A stretch of DNA of 36,623 nucleotides from Polyangiales bacterium (GCA_046593995.1 JBKJQC010001225.1:1-36623); one strand, 5' to 3'. Counted from the stretch's first letter, positions 28,166 to 36,622 are shown. Numbers and translations are program-made. Notes: generated by a model not told the origin, from the sequence alone.

Positions 28166-28650
28166 GTCACCACTCGATCGACGCGGCCGGGGGTTCCCCC
28201 TGGGCTAATCCACGAGGCGAACCGACGCCTCGACCACGTCGGAGGCACGCGGATCGTTCGCGCGAGCCTGCCCGTCCTGATGATGGCGCCTTGCAGGTCG
28301 TCCGAGAGATCCCCCCCAGTTGAACGCGCGGTCCGGTCCCCTTCGCGGAGGGCCCTCCCGCGCGCCGGCCTAGCCGGAGGAGGAGAGACATCATGCAGCG
28401 TACCAGTGGCCTCTACTTGGAGGGTCCGACCGCCTGACTCGACGCGGACGCCCCCCGCGCTCTCGTTCGCGTTGCGAACGAAGCGGCGGTGAGGTGCCTG
28501 CGTAGGCGGGTTGCAGTGTCTCTGCCGCGGAACCGATGGAGCCCCTCGGGAACATCGCATCGCGTGCCAGACAGAATACGGACAGCCTCTGTGTGAGGCC
28601 GAAGGACCGGTGGGCGGGTGGCAAGAGCGTCACCCGCCCATCGCTTTTCT
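28166..28650 (+). ncRNA. Putative large structured non-coding RNA or regulatory leader (family not recognised)
   Basis: No credible long ORF. Many nested helices whose wobble pairs are G-U on the + strand. Bounded by a -10 box and an intrinsic terminator. Confidence 0.55.
28608..28650 (+). terminator. Intrinsic terminator-like hairpin
   Basis: CGGTGGGCGGGTGGC-AAGAGC-GTCACCCGCCCATCG forms a 15-bp stem with 2 G-U pairs, followed by CTTTTCT. Confidence 0.7.
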
Positions 28651-28734
28651 GGGCTCACTCGGCGCACGACGGCGCGCATTTTTTTGCTCGGCGAGGGCGA
28701 CGCTCCGGCCCGTCCGTGACATCGAAGGGGCTCC

Positions 28735-29679
28735 ATGTTCGGCCTCGGAGAGCGTTTCGCCATCCCTCGCTACGACGCGGCGTTCTGGCGCGCCCTCGCC
28801 GCGTGGGGCGCGACGAAGCTCCCGCGCTACGTGCTCCGCTACTCGCCGGCCCCGATCGCGATCTCGGTCGGCCTCGCGCAGAAGCACCTCCGAACCCAAA
28901 TCCGCGAGAACCTGCGGCTGGTGCACGGCGTCCGCGCAGCGCCGATCGAAGCCCTCGACATCGCGTCGACGCTCTCGACCTATGGGCATTGCTTCGGGGA
29001 AGGGCTCGCCGCGGCCGGGGAGAATCCGCCCCCGTTCCGCTACAGCGTCGAGGGACGCGAGCACTTGTTCCGCGCGCGCGACAGCGGACGCGGCGCGATC
29101 CTCGTGACGTCGCACACCGGCTCGTGGGACGTGGCCGGTGGCGTCATGAACCTCCGCGGTTTCGATCTCGCGATCGCGATGGCGCCCGAGCGCGACCCAG
29201 AGGCGCGCCGCATCAGCGACGCCGCGCGGAAGAAGATGGGCGTGACCGTCTTCCACGTCGGCGACGATCCGCTCTCGGCCCTGCCGCTCGCGCAGCACGT
29301 TCGACGGGGCGGCGCGGTCGCCTTGCAAATCGATCGCGTCCCGCCGGGGATGCGTACGCGCGTCTCGACGTTCTTCGGCAAGCCCTGGCACGTGCCGCTC
29401 GGCCCGTTCCAGCTGGCGCAGGTGACGGGCGCGCCGCTCATCCCCGTGTTCACCGCGCGGCTCGGCTTCGCGCACCACCTCGTGCGCGCCGAAGCGCCGA
29501 TCGCGGTCCCTCGGCGCGCATCGGGCGCAGAGCTCGATCGCGCGATCACCCAGGCGATGCAGGCGATCGAGCGCTTCGTGCGCCGCTTCCCGACGCAGTG
29601 GTTCCACTACGTCCCGCATCCCCTCGCCGAGGATGCCGCGTCCGACTTCCTCGCCGGGGACGACGCGAAGTCGGCCTGA
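28735..29679 (+). CDS. Lysophospholipid/lipid A late acyltransferase family (LpxL/HtrB-like)
   Basis: VEGREHL, GAILVTSHTGSWD (HxxxxD), FFGK, GPFQLA..TGAPLIP and RRFPTQW motifs. Confidence 0.85.
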   Translation: MFGLGERFAIPRYDAAFWRALAAWGATKLPRYVLRYSPAPIAISVGLAQKHLRTQIRENLRLVHGVRAAPIEALDIASTLSTYGHCFGEGLAAAGENPPPFRYSVEGREHLFRARDSGRGAILVTSHTGSWDVAGGVMNLRGFDLAIAMAPERDPEARRISDAARKKMGVTVFHVGDDPLSALPLAQHVRRGGAVALQIDRVPPGMRTRVSTFFGKPWHVPLGPFQLAQVTGAPLIPVFTARLGFAHHLVRAEAPIAVPRRASGAELDRAITQAMQAIERFVRRFPTQWFHYVPHPLAEDAASDFLAGDDAKSA

Positions 29680-29689
29680 TCAGTCGATG

Positions 29690-29737
29690 GCTCATCTGTC
29701 GACGCGCTCATCTGTCGACGCGCTCATCTGTCGACGC
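29690..29737. repeat. Perfect 16-bp tandem repeat x3 (GCTCATCTGTCGACGC)
   Basis: Copies at 29690-29705, 29706-29721 and 29722-29737. The unit is the last codons plus TGA stop of the minus-strand lipoprotein gene. Confidence 0.95.
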
Positions 29738-30059
29738 ATTGGCCCTGCTCACACTGCATGCTCATCGGGCAGTGCGCGCCGCACACGCCGCAGTTGCCGC
29801 CGCTCACCATCAGGTCCACACATCGGTCCCCGCAGCGCGTGAGCCCCTCGGGACAGGCGACGCCGTCGTTGCCGGGGTCGTCGAACGTCCCGCCATCGGT
29901 GACGGGGTCGGGGATGGGCTCCGGAATGGAGGGGCGCGTCGCGCCCGCGTCGCTCGCGGTTGCCGAGCTCGCAAGCGGATCCTCAGCCGTGCCGCAGCCT
30001 GCGAGCAGCAGCGCGACGCCGGTGGCGACGGCAGTGACGATGGCGAGACGTGAGCGCAC
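29724..30059 (-). CDS. Small Cys-rich lipoprotein (myxobacterial Stig1-like Cys motif)
   Basis: SD GGAGG before the GTG at 30059, lipobox LAGC, and CPEGLTRCGDRCVDL...NCGVCGAHC...CEQGQC. Confidence 0.8.
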   Translation of the reverse strand: MRSRLAIVTAVATGVALLLAGCGTAEDPLASSATASDAGATRPSIPEPIPDPVTDGGTFDDPGNDGVACPEGLTRCGDRCVDLMVSGGNCGVCGAHCPMSMQCEQGQCVDR

Positions 30060-30101
30060 GGAGCACCTCCCTCGCGCGAGATGCTGCAACGCGTGAGCCG
30101 C

Positions 30102-31607
30102 TCAGGACGCGATCGGCAGAGACATGCGGCGCGGCGGCTTCGGGAGGGCCGCGAACGCCTTGCGATACGCCGCGAACGTGCCTCCACCCTGCACGGCGTC
30201 GTAGACGGCGCGGCCTTCGGTGCCTCCGCCCTTGGCGAGGACCGCCTCGACCCAAGCCCACTTCGCGCTCGTCGCGCGGACGTCGGCGCGCCCCTTGAGA
30301 CCACGGCGGAGTCGATCGAGCCGACGGTCGACGACGTCGATGCCGGCGAACTCGGCGTCGACGAGCGGCGTATTTCGCTTCGGGCAGAAGGGCGCGATCC
30401 CGAGGGCGACGGGCACGATCCGCGACAGCTCGGTCGTGAACTTCACGCACTCGTCGACGTCTTCGTCGGTCTCCGTCGGGATGCCGAGCATGAGGTAGAG
30501 CTTGAGGCGGTCCATCTTTGCGGCGCGCGCGTTCTCGGCTGCTTTGACGAGGTGGCGCTCCTCGGCCCGACGATCGAGCAGCTTGCGCACGCGCTCGCTC
30601 GGGCCGTCCATCGCGGTCGTCAGCGTGCGATAACCGGCGTCCTTCAGCGTCTGCACGAACTCCGGCTTGAGCTTGTCCGGACGGAGCGACGACAGCCCGA
30701 CCTCGCACCCCCGATCCACGAGCGCGCGCACGACCTCGACGATCTTCGGATGATCGCTGACCGCGGCGCCGACCAGCCCCACGCGGCGCGCGTCGAGCGG
30801 GATGCGATCGAGGATCACGTCCATCGGAACGATGCGCATGCCGCCGTTCGTCGACCGACGCATCACGCAGTACGTGCAGCCGCGCGAGCAGCCGCGCGAG
30901 GTCTCGACGAGGAACATCGAGGAGAGCGCGGTCTCCGCGGCGCGGATCCCGCCCCAGGCCGGCAGATCCTCGTCGTGGATCTGCGCGAGCGAAGGGAGCC
31001 GATCGCCGTGGTGCTCGGGCACCCAGACGTGGTCCATCTTTGCGAGCGCCGCGAGGCGATCCTCGTGCTTCGGCGTCGACGCGATCACGTTCGCGACCTC
31101 GATCACCAGGTTCTCGGCCTCGCCGAGGATCACTGCGTCGCAGTAAGGCGCGAGGGGCGTGGGGTTCGAGAACGTGAGCGGACCGCCGGCCAAGACGAAC
31201 GGATGACGCTCGTCGCGCTGATCGCGGAAGGCCGGGATGTTCGCAGCCTCGAGCACCTGGATCACGCCGGAGAGCTCGAGCTCGTACGCGACGCTCAGGG
31301 CCACCAGCGGGAAGTCCGACACCGGCCGCAGCGTCTCGTACGTCAGCAGGATCGGCTGCGGCTGGCCTGGCTTCGCGTCGTCGTCGAGGAACGCGCGCTC
31401 GCAGCAGAGCCCTGGCGACTCCTGGAAGGAGCGGTAGATGCGCTGGAACCCGAGCGACGACATCCCGACCGTGTACGGAGACGGGTACACGAGCGCGCAG
31501 GCGAACGGTGCCTGCTTCGGGATCGCGCCGACCTCGGAGCCGAGCCGCCGCCGCACCTTGTCGCGGAACGAGGTGCCTCCTCGCGAAGCGGGTGACGGGT
31601 GGGACAT
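30102..31607 (-). CDS. Radical SAM protein (B12-binding-like N-domain)
   Basis: YPSPY.VGMSSLG, ETSRGCSRGCTYC (CxxxCxxC), SLRPD, KLYLMLG.P and PF.PK.NTP motifs. Confidence 0.9.
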   Translation of the reverse strand: MSHPSPASRGGTSFRDKVRRRLGSEVGAIPKQAPFACALVYPSPYTVGMSSLGFQRIYRSFQESPGLCCERAFLDDDAKPGQPQPILLTYETLRPVSDFPLVALSVAYELELSGVIQVLEAANIPAFRDQRDERHPFVLAGGPLTFSNPTPLAPYCDAVILGEAENLVIEVANVIASTPKHEDRLAALAKMDHVWVPEHHGDRLPSLAQIHDEDLPAWGGIRAAETALSSMFLVETSRGCSRGCTYCVMRRSTNGGMRIVPMDVILDRIPLDARRVGLVGAAVSDHPKIVEVVRALVDRGCEVGLSSLRPDKLKPEFVQTLKDAGYRTLTTAMDGPSERVRKLLDRRAEERHLVKAAENARAAKMDRLKLYLMLGIPTETDEDVDECVKFTTELSRIVPVALGIAPFCPKRNTPLVDAEFAGIDVVDRRLDRLRRGLKGRADVRATSAKWAWVEAVLAKGGGTEGRAVYDAVQGGGTFAAYRKAFAALPKPPRRMSLPIAS

Positions 31608-31631
31608 CTACTGAGGCTGCAACCTAGGCGA

Positions 31632-32198
31632 TTATACGGGACCCGCAAGGGCGGCAGCGTCCCGCACGGCCGCGATCACCCCGGACAGGTCCGTGGGATC
31701 GCCGGCCTCGCTGGCCGCGTGCTGCATGGTGACGTGCCCGCCGCGCGAGAGCGGAGACACGACGACGATGCCCCCCTGCTGCCACGGATCGCCCATGTTC
31801 TTCCGCTGTCGGTGCCCGCCGCGCAGCGCACGCACCGCGTGGAGCGCGGACTTCGGACCGAGCGTGCGCAACACGCCGCGCTTCATCCCAGCGCGGCGGT
31901 AGGCCTCGAGCGTCGGGTCGGTGACGATCGGCGACACGAGGTTCTCCTCGGTGGCGAATCGCTTGGCCTGGCTCGGCGTGCCCGAACCGACGACCACCAG
32001 CTCGCCGCCGGCGTCGTGGATCTTCGTGATCTCGTCGCGCGCCCGCGCGACCTCCTCTCGGCAGAAGAGTCACCCGAAGTGACGCACGAAGAGGAGGGCT
32101 GCCGGACGGTCCTCGAAGAAGCTGCCGAGCTTCTTCGAGTCCCCTTCGACGGTGAGCACGTCGGCCTCTGCGAGGTCGCGGACGAACGGATCGGTCAC
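31632..32198 (-). CDS. Peroxiredoxin-like (AhpC/TSA_2, SelU/PRXL2-like) selenoprotein with UxxC motif; in-frame UGA at 32070-32072
   Basis: Manual translation: MTDPFVRDLAEADVLTVEGDSKKLGSFFEDRPAALLFVRHFG-U-LFCREEVARARDEITKIHDAGGELVVVGSG...QQGG. The UGA is codon 43, at the first Cys position of the family motif RHFGCxFCRE, and a hairpin follows it. Confidence 0.85.
32034..32069 (-). promoter_or_regulatory. Bacterial SECIS-like element
   Basis: After the UGA: an 18-nt spacer, then a perfect 7-bp stem GTCGCGC-GGGC-GCGCGAC (32034-32051) with G-first apical loop 25 nt from the UGA. Confidence 0.7.
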
Positions 32199-32217
32199 AC
32201 CCCGACCTTAGCACCGT

Positions 32218-32517
32218 TCACGTCCGGAACCCTTCCATGCGCACGGGTTCGTCGTCCCAGCCATGCAGCGACAAGGTCTTCTTCGCCTCCCAGAGTCCCG
32301 CGCGTACGTACTCGGCGTTGCCCGCATGGGCGGCCTCGATCGCGCTCCGGATTCCGTTGCGCGCGTGCGACCGATCCTGGGCCCCCTTGATCTCGTCGAC
32401 CACGCGCATGCATGCCGCTTCGATCTCTTCCATCGACCCTTCGGGGATCGGCCAGCCGATGCTCCGCGCGGCCTCCAAGAGGGTGCGGGCCGCTTCACTG
32501 ATGCGCGATTCGTCCAT
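32218..32517 (-). CDS. Hypothetical 99-aa helical protein
   Basis: Plausible amino-acid composition and codon bias; fills the gap between the selenoprotein and GH13 genes. Confidence 0.55.
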   Translation of the reverse strand: MDESRISEAARTLLEAARSIGWPIPEGSMEEIEAACMRVVDEIKGAQDRSHARNGIRSAIEAAHAGNAEYVRAGLWEAKKTLSLHGWDDEPVRMEGFRT

Positions 32518-32610
32518 GCCCTTGGTAGAGGCAAGCTACACACCGAGGCAGCGATGGCAGAGGCACGCCTGCGCCGCGTCCACGGCCGCGGTCGCGCATC
32601 ACAGGCCGCC

Positions 32611-34218
32611 ATGCCCGACTCGCATCACTGGTGGCAGACCGGCGTCATCTACGAGGCTTATGTCCGTTCCTTCCAGGACTCGAACGGCGACGGGATCGGC
32701 GATCTGAGAGGTGTGCGTGATCGGCTCGGGTACCTCCAGTGGCTCGGCGTCGACATCCTCTGGCTCACGCCGATCTACAAGTCACCGATGGTGGAGTTCG
32801 GCTACGACATCGCTGACTACGTCGACGTCGATCCGCTCTTCGGTACGATGGGCGAGTTCGAGCTCCTCTTGAAAGAGGCGCACGCACGCGACATCCGCGT
32901 GGTGCTCGACATCGCGCCGAACCACACCTCCGATCAGCACGCGTGGTTCGAGGAGTCACGTTCGTCGCGCGAGAACCCCAAGGCCGACTGGTACCTGTGG
33001 CGCGACGCGGGACCGGACGGGAAGTGCCCGAACAACTGGCTCAGCGCGTTCGGCGGCGGCAGCGCGTGGGAGTGGGAGCCGAAGCGGAATCAGTTCTACT
33101 ACCACGCGTTCATGACGGAGCAGCCGGACCTGAACTGGCGCAATCCCGAGGTCGAGAAGGCGTTCTTCGACTGTCTCCGCTTCTGGCTCGCGAAGGGCAT
33201 CGACGGCTTCCGTATCGATGTGATGTGGCACCTCTTGAAGGACGACCACTTCCGCGACAACCCGCCGAATCGCGGCTACGACCCCAAGAAGGATCCGTCG
33301 AACGACCGCCAGCGATACCTGTACAACGCCGATCGCCCCGAGGTGATCGACGTCGTCGTGCGCATGCGCGACGTGCTCCAGGAGTTCGAAGGAGAGCGCC
33401 TGATGATCGGCGAGCTCTATCACTCCTCCGATCGCATCGTGAATTACTACGGCGCGAAGGGGGAGGGCGCGCAGGTCCCCCACAACCAGATGTTGATCCT
33501 GCTCCCATGGAACGCGGACGCGCTGCGCGACGAGATCGAGAAGTACCTCGGCGCGCTCCCGGTCCACACCTGGCCGAACTGGGTGCTGAGCAACCACGAC
33601 AAGCCGCGCATCGCCACGCGCGCAGGGAGCCAGGCGCAGGCCCGCGTCGCGCGCATGCTGCTGCTCACGCTGCGCGGCACTCCGACGCTCTACTACGGCG
33701 ACGAGCTCGGGATGGAGAACGTGCCCCTGCGCCCCGATCAGATCAAGGATCCGTTCGAGAAGCTCGACCCCGGGCGTGGCCAAGGGCGCGATCCGCAGCG
33801 CACGCCGATGCAGTGGGACCGCTCGAAGCACGCAGGCTTCACCAAGGGCGAGCCGTGGCTCCCGGTGGCGGAGGATTACGCGGACGTGAACGTCGAGGCG
33901 CAGAAGGACGATCCGCGCTCGATGCTGAACCTCACGCGTGCGATCGTCGCGCTGCGTCGCAAGGAACACGCGCTGAGCATCGGCGAGCACCGAATGGTGC
34001 TGAACGAAGGCCCGGTCATCGCCTACCGCCGCGAGCACGCGAGCGGATCCTTCCTCGTCGCGCTCAACCTCTCTCACGACTACGCGGAGCTCGAGTTGCC
34101 GCACGGTTACGAGCGCCTCGAGCCGGCGCTCTCCACGCACGCGACGCTCCCCGAGAAGGTCGAGAAGAAGCTCCTCCTTCGTCCGGACGAGGGGCTCATC
34201 CTGCGCCGGCTCGCCTGA
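32611..34218 (+). CDS. GH13 alpha-glucosidase/oligo-1,6-glucosidase family
   Basis: WWQTGVIYE.Y.RSFQDSNGDGIGDL, PNHTSDQH, QPDLNWRN, catalytic GFRIDV / MIGE / SNHD, and GRDPQRTPMQW. Confidence 0.95.
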   Translation: MPDSHHWWQTGVIYEAYVRSFQDSNGDGIGDLRGVRDRLGYLQWLGVDILWLTPIYKSPMVEFGYDIADYVDVDPLFGTMGEFELLLKEAHARDIRVVLDIAPNHTSDQHAWFEESRSSRENPKADWYLWRDAGPDGKCPNNWLSAFGGGSAWEWEPKRNQFYYHAFMTEQPDLNWRNPEVEKAFFDCLRFWLAKGIDGFRIDVMWHLLKDDHFRDNPPNRGYDPKKDPSNDRQRYLYNADRPEVIDVVVRMRDVLQEFEGERLMIGELYHSSDRIVNYYGAKGEGAQVPHNQMLILLPWNADALRDEIEKYLGALPVHTWPNWVLSNHDKPRIATRAGSQAQARVARMLLLTLRGTPTLYYGDELGMENVPLRPDQIKDPFEKLDPGRGQGRDPQRTPMQWDRSKHAGFTKGEPWLPVAEDYADVNVEAQKDDPRSMLNLTRAIVALRRKEHALSIGEHRMVLNEGPVIAYRREHASGSFLVALNLSHDYAELELPHGYERLEPALSTHATLPEKVEKKLLLRPDEGLILRRLA

Positions 34219-34398
34219 GCGGAATGCCCGGAGCGCCTGAGCTACAGCACGAGAGTGCCAGCGGCACGTCGGGCGCCCCCGATGCGAACAGGCGACCATC
34301 GGTGCATGGTCGATCATGCGCCCGTCGCTACGACCTCGAAAAACGGGGCCAGATTTTCGCCAACGGCACTAGCGACTGCCCCCGAGAGCACAGTTCCC

Positions 34399-35058
34399 TC
34401 ACCGATCCGCCCAGAGATCGTCGACCCGCAGCACGAACCCCGGGAGCACCGGATTGCCCGAGACCGACGCGGGCTCCTCCAGCACCTCCGGCTCGACGTT
34501 CGGCCGGTGCACGTGCACGCGCCGTTCGAACGGATCGATCAGCCACCCGAGGCGCACGCCGTTCCCGATCCACTCCTCCATCTTCTCGATCAGATCGGCC
34601 AGCTCGTCGCTCGGGGAGCGAAGCTCGATGATGAAGTCGGGCACGATGGGCGGGAACTTCGCGCGCTTCTCGGGAGGGAGCGCGAACCACCGCTCCTTGG
34701 TGATCCACGCCGCGTCGGGCGCGCGCTGCGCCCGGTTCGGGAGGATGAAGCCAGTCGAAGAATCGAACCCGAGCCCGGAGCCGTCCTGCTTGGCCCATTG
34801 CCCGAGGGCTACGGCGATCTCGAAGTTGCGATTCCCGGTCTCCCCTCCGGTCGGCGGCATGACGATCAGCTCCCCTTCTCGCGTCCGCTCGATCCGCAGA
34901 TCGGCGTTCTGGTGGCAGAACTCGAAGAGGTCGTCGTCGTCCATTTCCACGATGGGTCGGATCACGATCGGGAGCAGATCCCACCGCGCGACGATGTTCA
35001 CCGAGCCGGGGGCCGGATCGTCGGGTCGACGTGAGCGCGGGTGGAGTGCGATAGCCAC
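34399..35058 (-). CDS. Uma2-family (PD-(D/E)xK) endonuclease
   Basis: RIERTREGELIVMPP, FDSSTGF.LP, RAPDAAW, PDFIIELRSPSD, KMEEW..NGVRLGWLIDP and LPGF. Start uncertain; GTG 35058 follows TACGCT by 7 nt. Confidence 0.9.
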   Translation of the reverse strand: MAIALHPRSRRPDDPAPGSVNIVARWDLLPIVIRPIVEMDDDDLFEFCHQNADLRIERTREGELIVMPPTGGETGNRNFEIAVALGQWAKQDGSGLGFDSSTGFILPNRAQRAPDAAWITKERWFALPPEKRAKFPPIVPDFIIELRSPSDELADLIEKMEEWIGNGVRLGWLIDPFERRVHVHRPNVEPEVLEEPASVSGNPVLPGFVLRVDDLWADR

Positions 35059-35397
35059 GGTCAAGAGCGTAGCTCCGGGTCAGAGGGGGCGACGACGCCT
35101 CGACTAGGGTCGACACGAGAGCGGCCGCAGTTGCGCGCTCCACCCGAGGTCGCGTGGTAGATCCCCGGAGGCGGCGGCCGGTGATCGCGTCATCGCCGCG
35201 AGCTGAGCTTGGCCATGGTGCCGAGCGTACGCACGCTGCACGTCTCGGTCGCGCCGCTGCGACAGGCTCCTCTTCATGCTGATCAATGTAGCTGAATTGG
35301 CGCGCCCCGCGTCCGCCGTCGAGCGGCAAGCCAGGCACCAAGCCCGCTTCCGGCCGGTGGCGACGGCGGCTTCCAAGGCACGGTACGCTGTTCGACG

Positions 35398-35937
35398 ATG
35401 ACGACCGACCTGCTCTCCCGAGAGAGCATCATCGCGGCGCTCGCAGCGGTGGCTACGGAGCTCGTCGCCGCGGGCGTCGAGGCGGAGATCGTCGTCGTGG
35501 GCGGTGCAGCGCTGGCGCTCGCATACAACGCTCGCTCGGCCACCCGTGACGTCGATGTGCTGCACACGAACACGCCGGCCGTTTGGGACGCCGCGCGTCG
35601 CGTAGCGGCTCGCCTCTCGCTTTCCCCCGACTGGCTGAACGATCACGTTCGACGGGTCTACACGAACGACGAGGTCACGCGATCAGCGGTCCTCCTCCAG
35701 CATCCAGGACTCACGGTTTGCGCCGCATTGCCGTTCCAGCTCTTGGCGATGAAGCTGTGCGCGTTCCGCGACGACGTCGACGCTTCGGACGCACGGCTGC
35801 TCCTGTCGGAAGCGCCTCGCCACCTGGATCGCGAGACCGCATGGGCGCAACTCGAGCGCTATCTCATTCGTGGGCGAGAGCGCTTCGCTCGCGAGAACTT
35901 CGACGATCTGTGGGAGGCACGACATGGGTCTGGATGA
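35398..35937 (+). CDS. DUF6036-like nucleotidyltransferase (candidate TA component)
   Basis: VVVGGAALAL.YNAR.ATRDVD, L.PDWLND and LLAMKL.A.R..D..D motifs. Confidence 0.8.
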   Translation: MTTDLLSRESIIAALAAVATELVAAGVEAEIVVVGGAALALAYNARSATRDVDVLHTNTPAVWDAARRVAARLSLSPDWLNDHVRRVYTNDEVTRSAVLLQHPGLTVCAALPFQLLAMKLCAFRDDVDASDARLLLSEAPRHLDRETAWAQLERYLIRGRERFARENFDDLWEARHGSG

Positions 35938-36271
35938 TCTGGTCCGCGCGGTCACGAGTGGCGACGCGCTCGGCGCTCGGCAGTGGGTCGTCGACCACGC
36001 TGACATCGATTGGTCTCGCGTCCCGCAGCCGTCCTTCACGTCGCAGCGTGACCTCGCGATCGCTGCCGGTCTCGCGGAGCTGCTAGCGTCACGGGCCGGC
36101 AAGCCACCTCCTCCGTGGGCTGCATCGGTTGGACCGGCGGACGAGGACATCCATCTCGTGCGCGCCACCGCGACGCTGCCTCGCTTCCGAAGGCGTGTCG
36201 AAGCCGAGAGCCCCGAGCCGCTTCGCAGCCGGCGGATCTTCGCGCCAGCGAACTATCTCACGGCGGCGTGA
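35924..36271 (+). CDS. 115-aa partner protein overlapping the nucleotidyltransferase
   Basis: SD GGAGG, 14-nt overlap, AAGLAELLA....PPPW and SPEPLRSRRIF motifs. Confidence 0.7.
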   Translation: MGLDDLVRAVTSGDALGARQWVVDHADIDWSRVPQPSFTSQRDLAIAAGLAELLASRAGKPPPPWAASVGPADEDIHLVRATATLPRFRRRVEAESPEPLRSRRIFAPANYLTAA

Positions 36272-36307
36272 CGCCTGTGCTGGCCGGCACCCCGCCGCGA
36301 CGTCTGG

Positions 36308-36622
36308 TCACAAGGCGAGGACGCGTACGGTGGGAAAGAAGGCCCGCAGTCGCTCGAGATCGTCGAAGTCGCTCGTGTAGACGATGTCGCCCCGAGACGC
36401 GGCGGATGCCATGACGATCGCGTCGACGACGGTCGCGTCGGTCACCTTCGCGAGGGCCTCGCCTGCGAGCTCGGCGAGCGAGTCGGACAGCCATTCGACG
36501 ACGAGCCCGCTCTTCACGTGCTCGCGACCGTCGGTGCGTCCGCGCCACCATTCGGCGATGACCGGCGAGGGCACCGTGATCCGGACCTTGGCGTCGCGTG
36601 CGGCGCGGTACACGTTCCACGC
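36308..36622 (-). CDS. PIN-domain (VapC-like) protein, 5' end outside the window
   Basis: VPSPVIAEWWRG, VVDAIVMASA and VYTSDFDDL acidic PIN motifs; the frame is open to the window edge. Confidence 0.8.
   Translation of the reverse strand, partial: AWNVYRAARDAKVRITVPSPVIAEWWRGRTDGREHVKSGLVVEWLSDSLAELAGEALAKVTDATVVDAIVMASAASRGDIVYTSDFDDLERLRAFFPTVRVLAL

Noticed and set aside
28376-28642. RNase P RNA: GAGGAGAGAC resembles GAGGAAAGTCC, and GTGCCAGACAGAA..GCC and GGGTGGCAAGAGCGTCACC echo S-domain motifs
   Set aside because: The P4 strands (GAGGAAAGTCC and ACAGAAnnCGGCTTA) are not properly present, and the 3' catalytic half is missing before the terminator. The resemblance may be chance but is worth a cmsearch.
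28166-28650. tmRNA, 6S, SRP, cobalamin riboswitch or CsrB-like identity for the intergenic RNA
   Set aside because: No tRNA-like ends or ANDN-type tag, no symmetric central bubble, no SRP GGAA/AGCAG loop, no B12 box, and GGA motifs are only modestly frequent for this GC content.
29690-29737. CRISPR array
   Set aside because: The repeats are adjacent with no spacers, only 16 bp long, and there are no cas genes.
31632-32198. Pseudogene interpretation of the peroxiredoxin-like gene
   Set aside because: The single TGA falls exactly on the redox Cys position, is followed by a SECIS-like hairpin, and there are no other lesions.
35104-35277. 57-aa minus-strand ORF (MKRSLSQRRD...) upstream of Uma2
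   Set aside because: No motif, weak codon bias and no RBS; cannot be supported.
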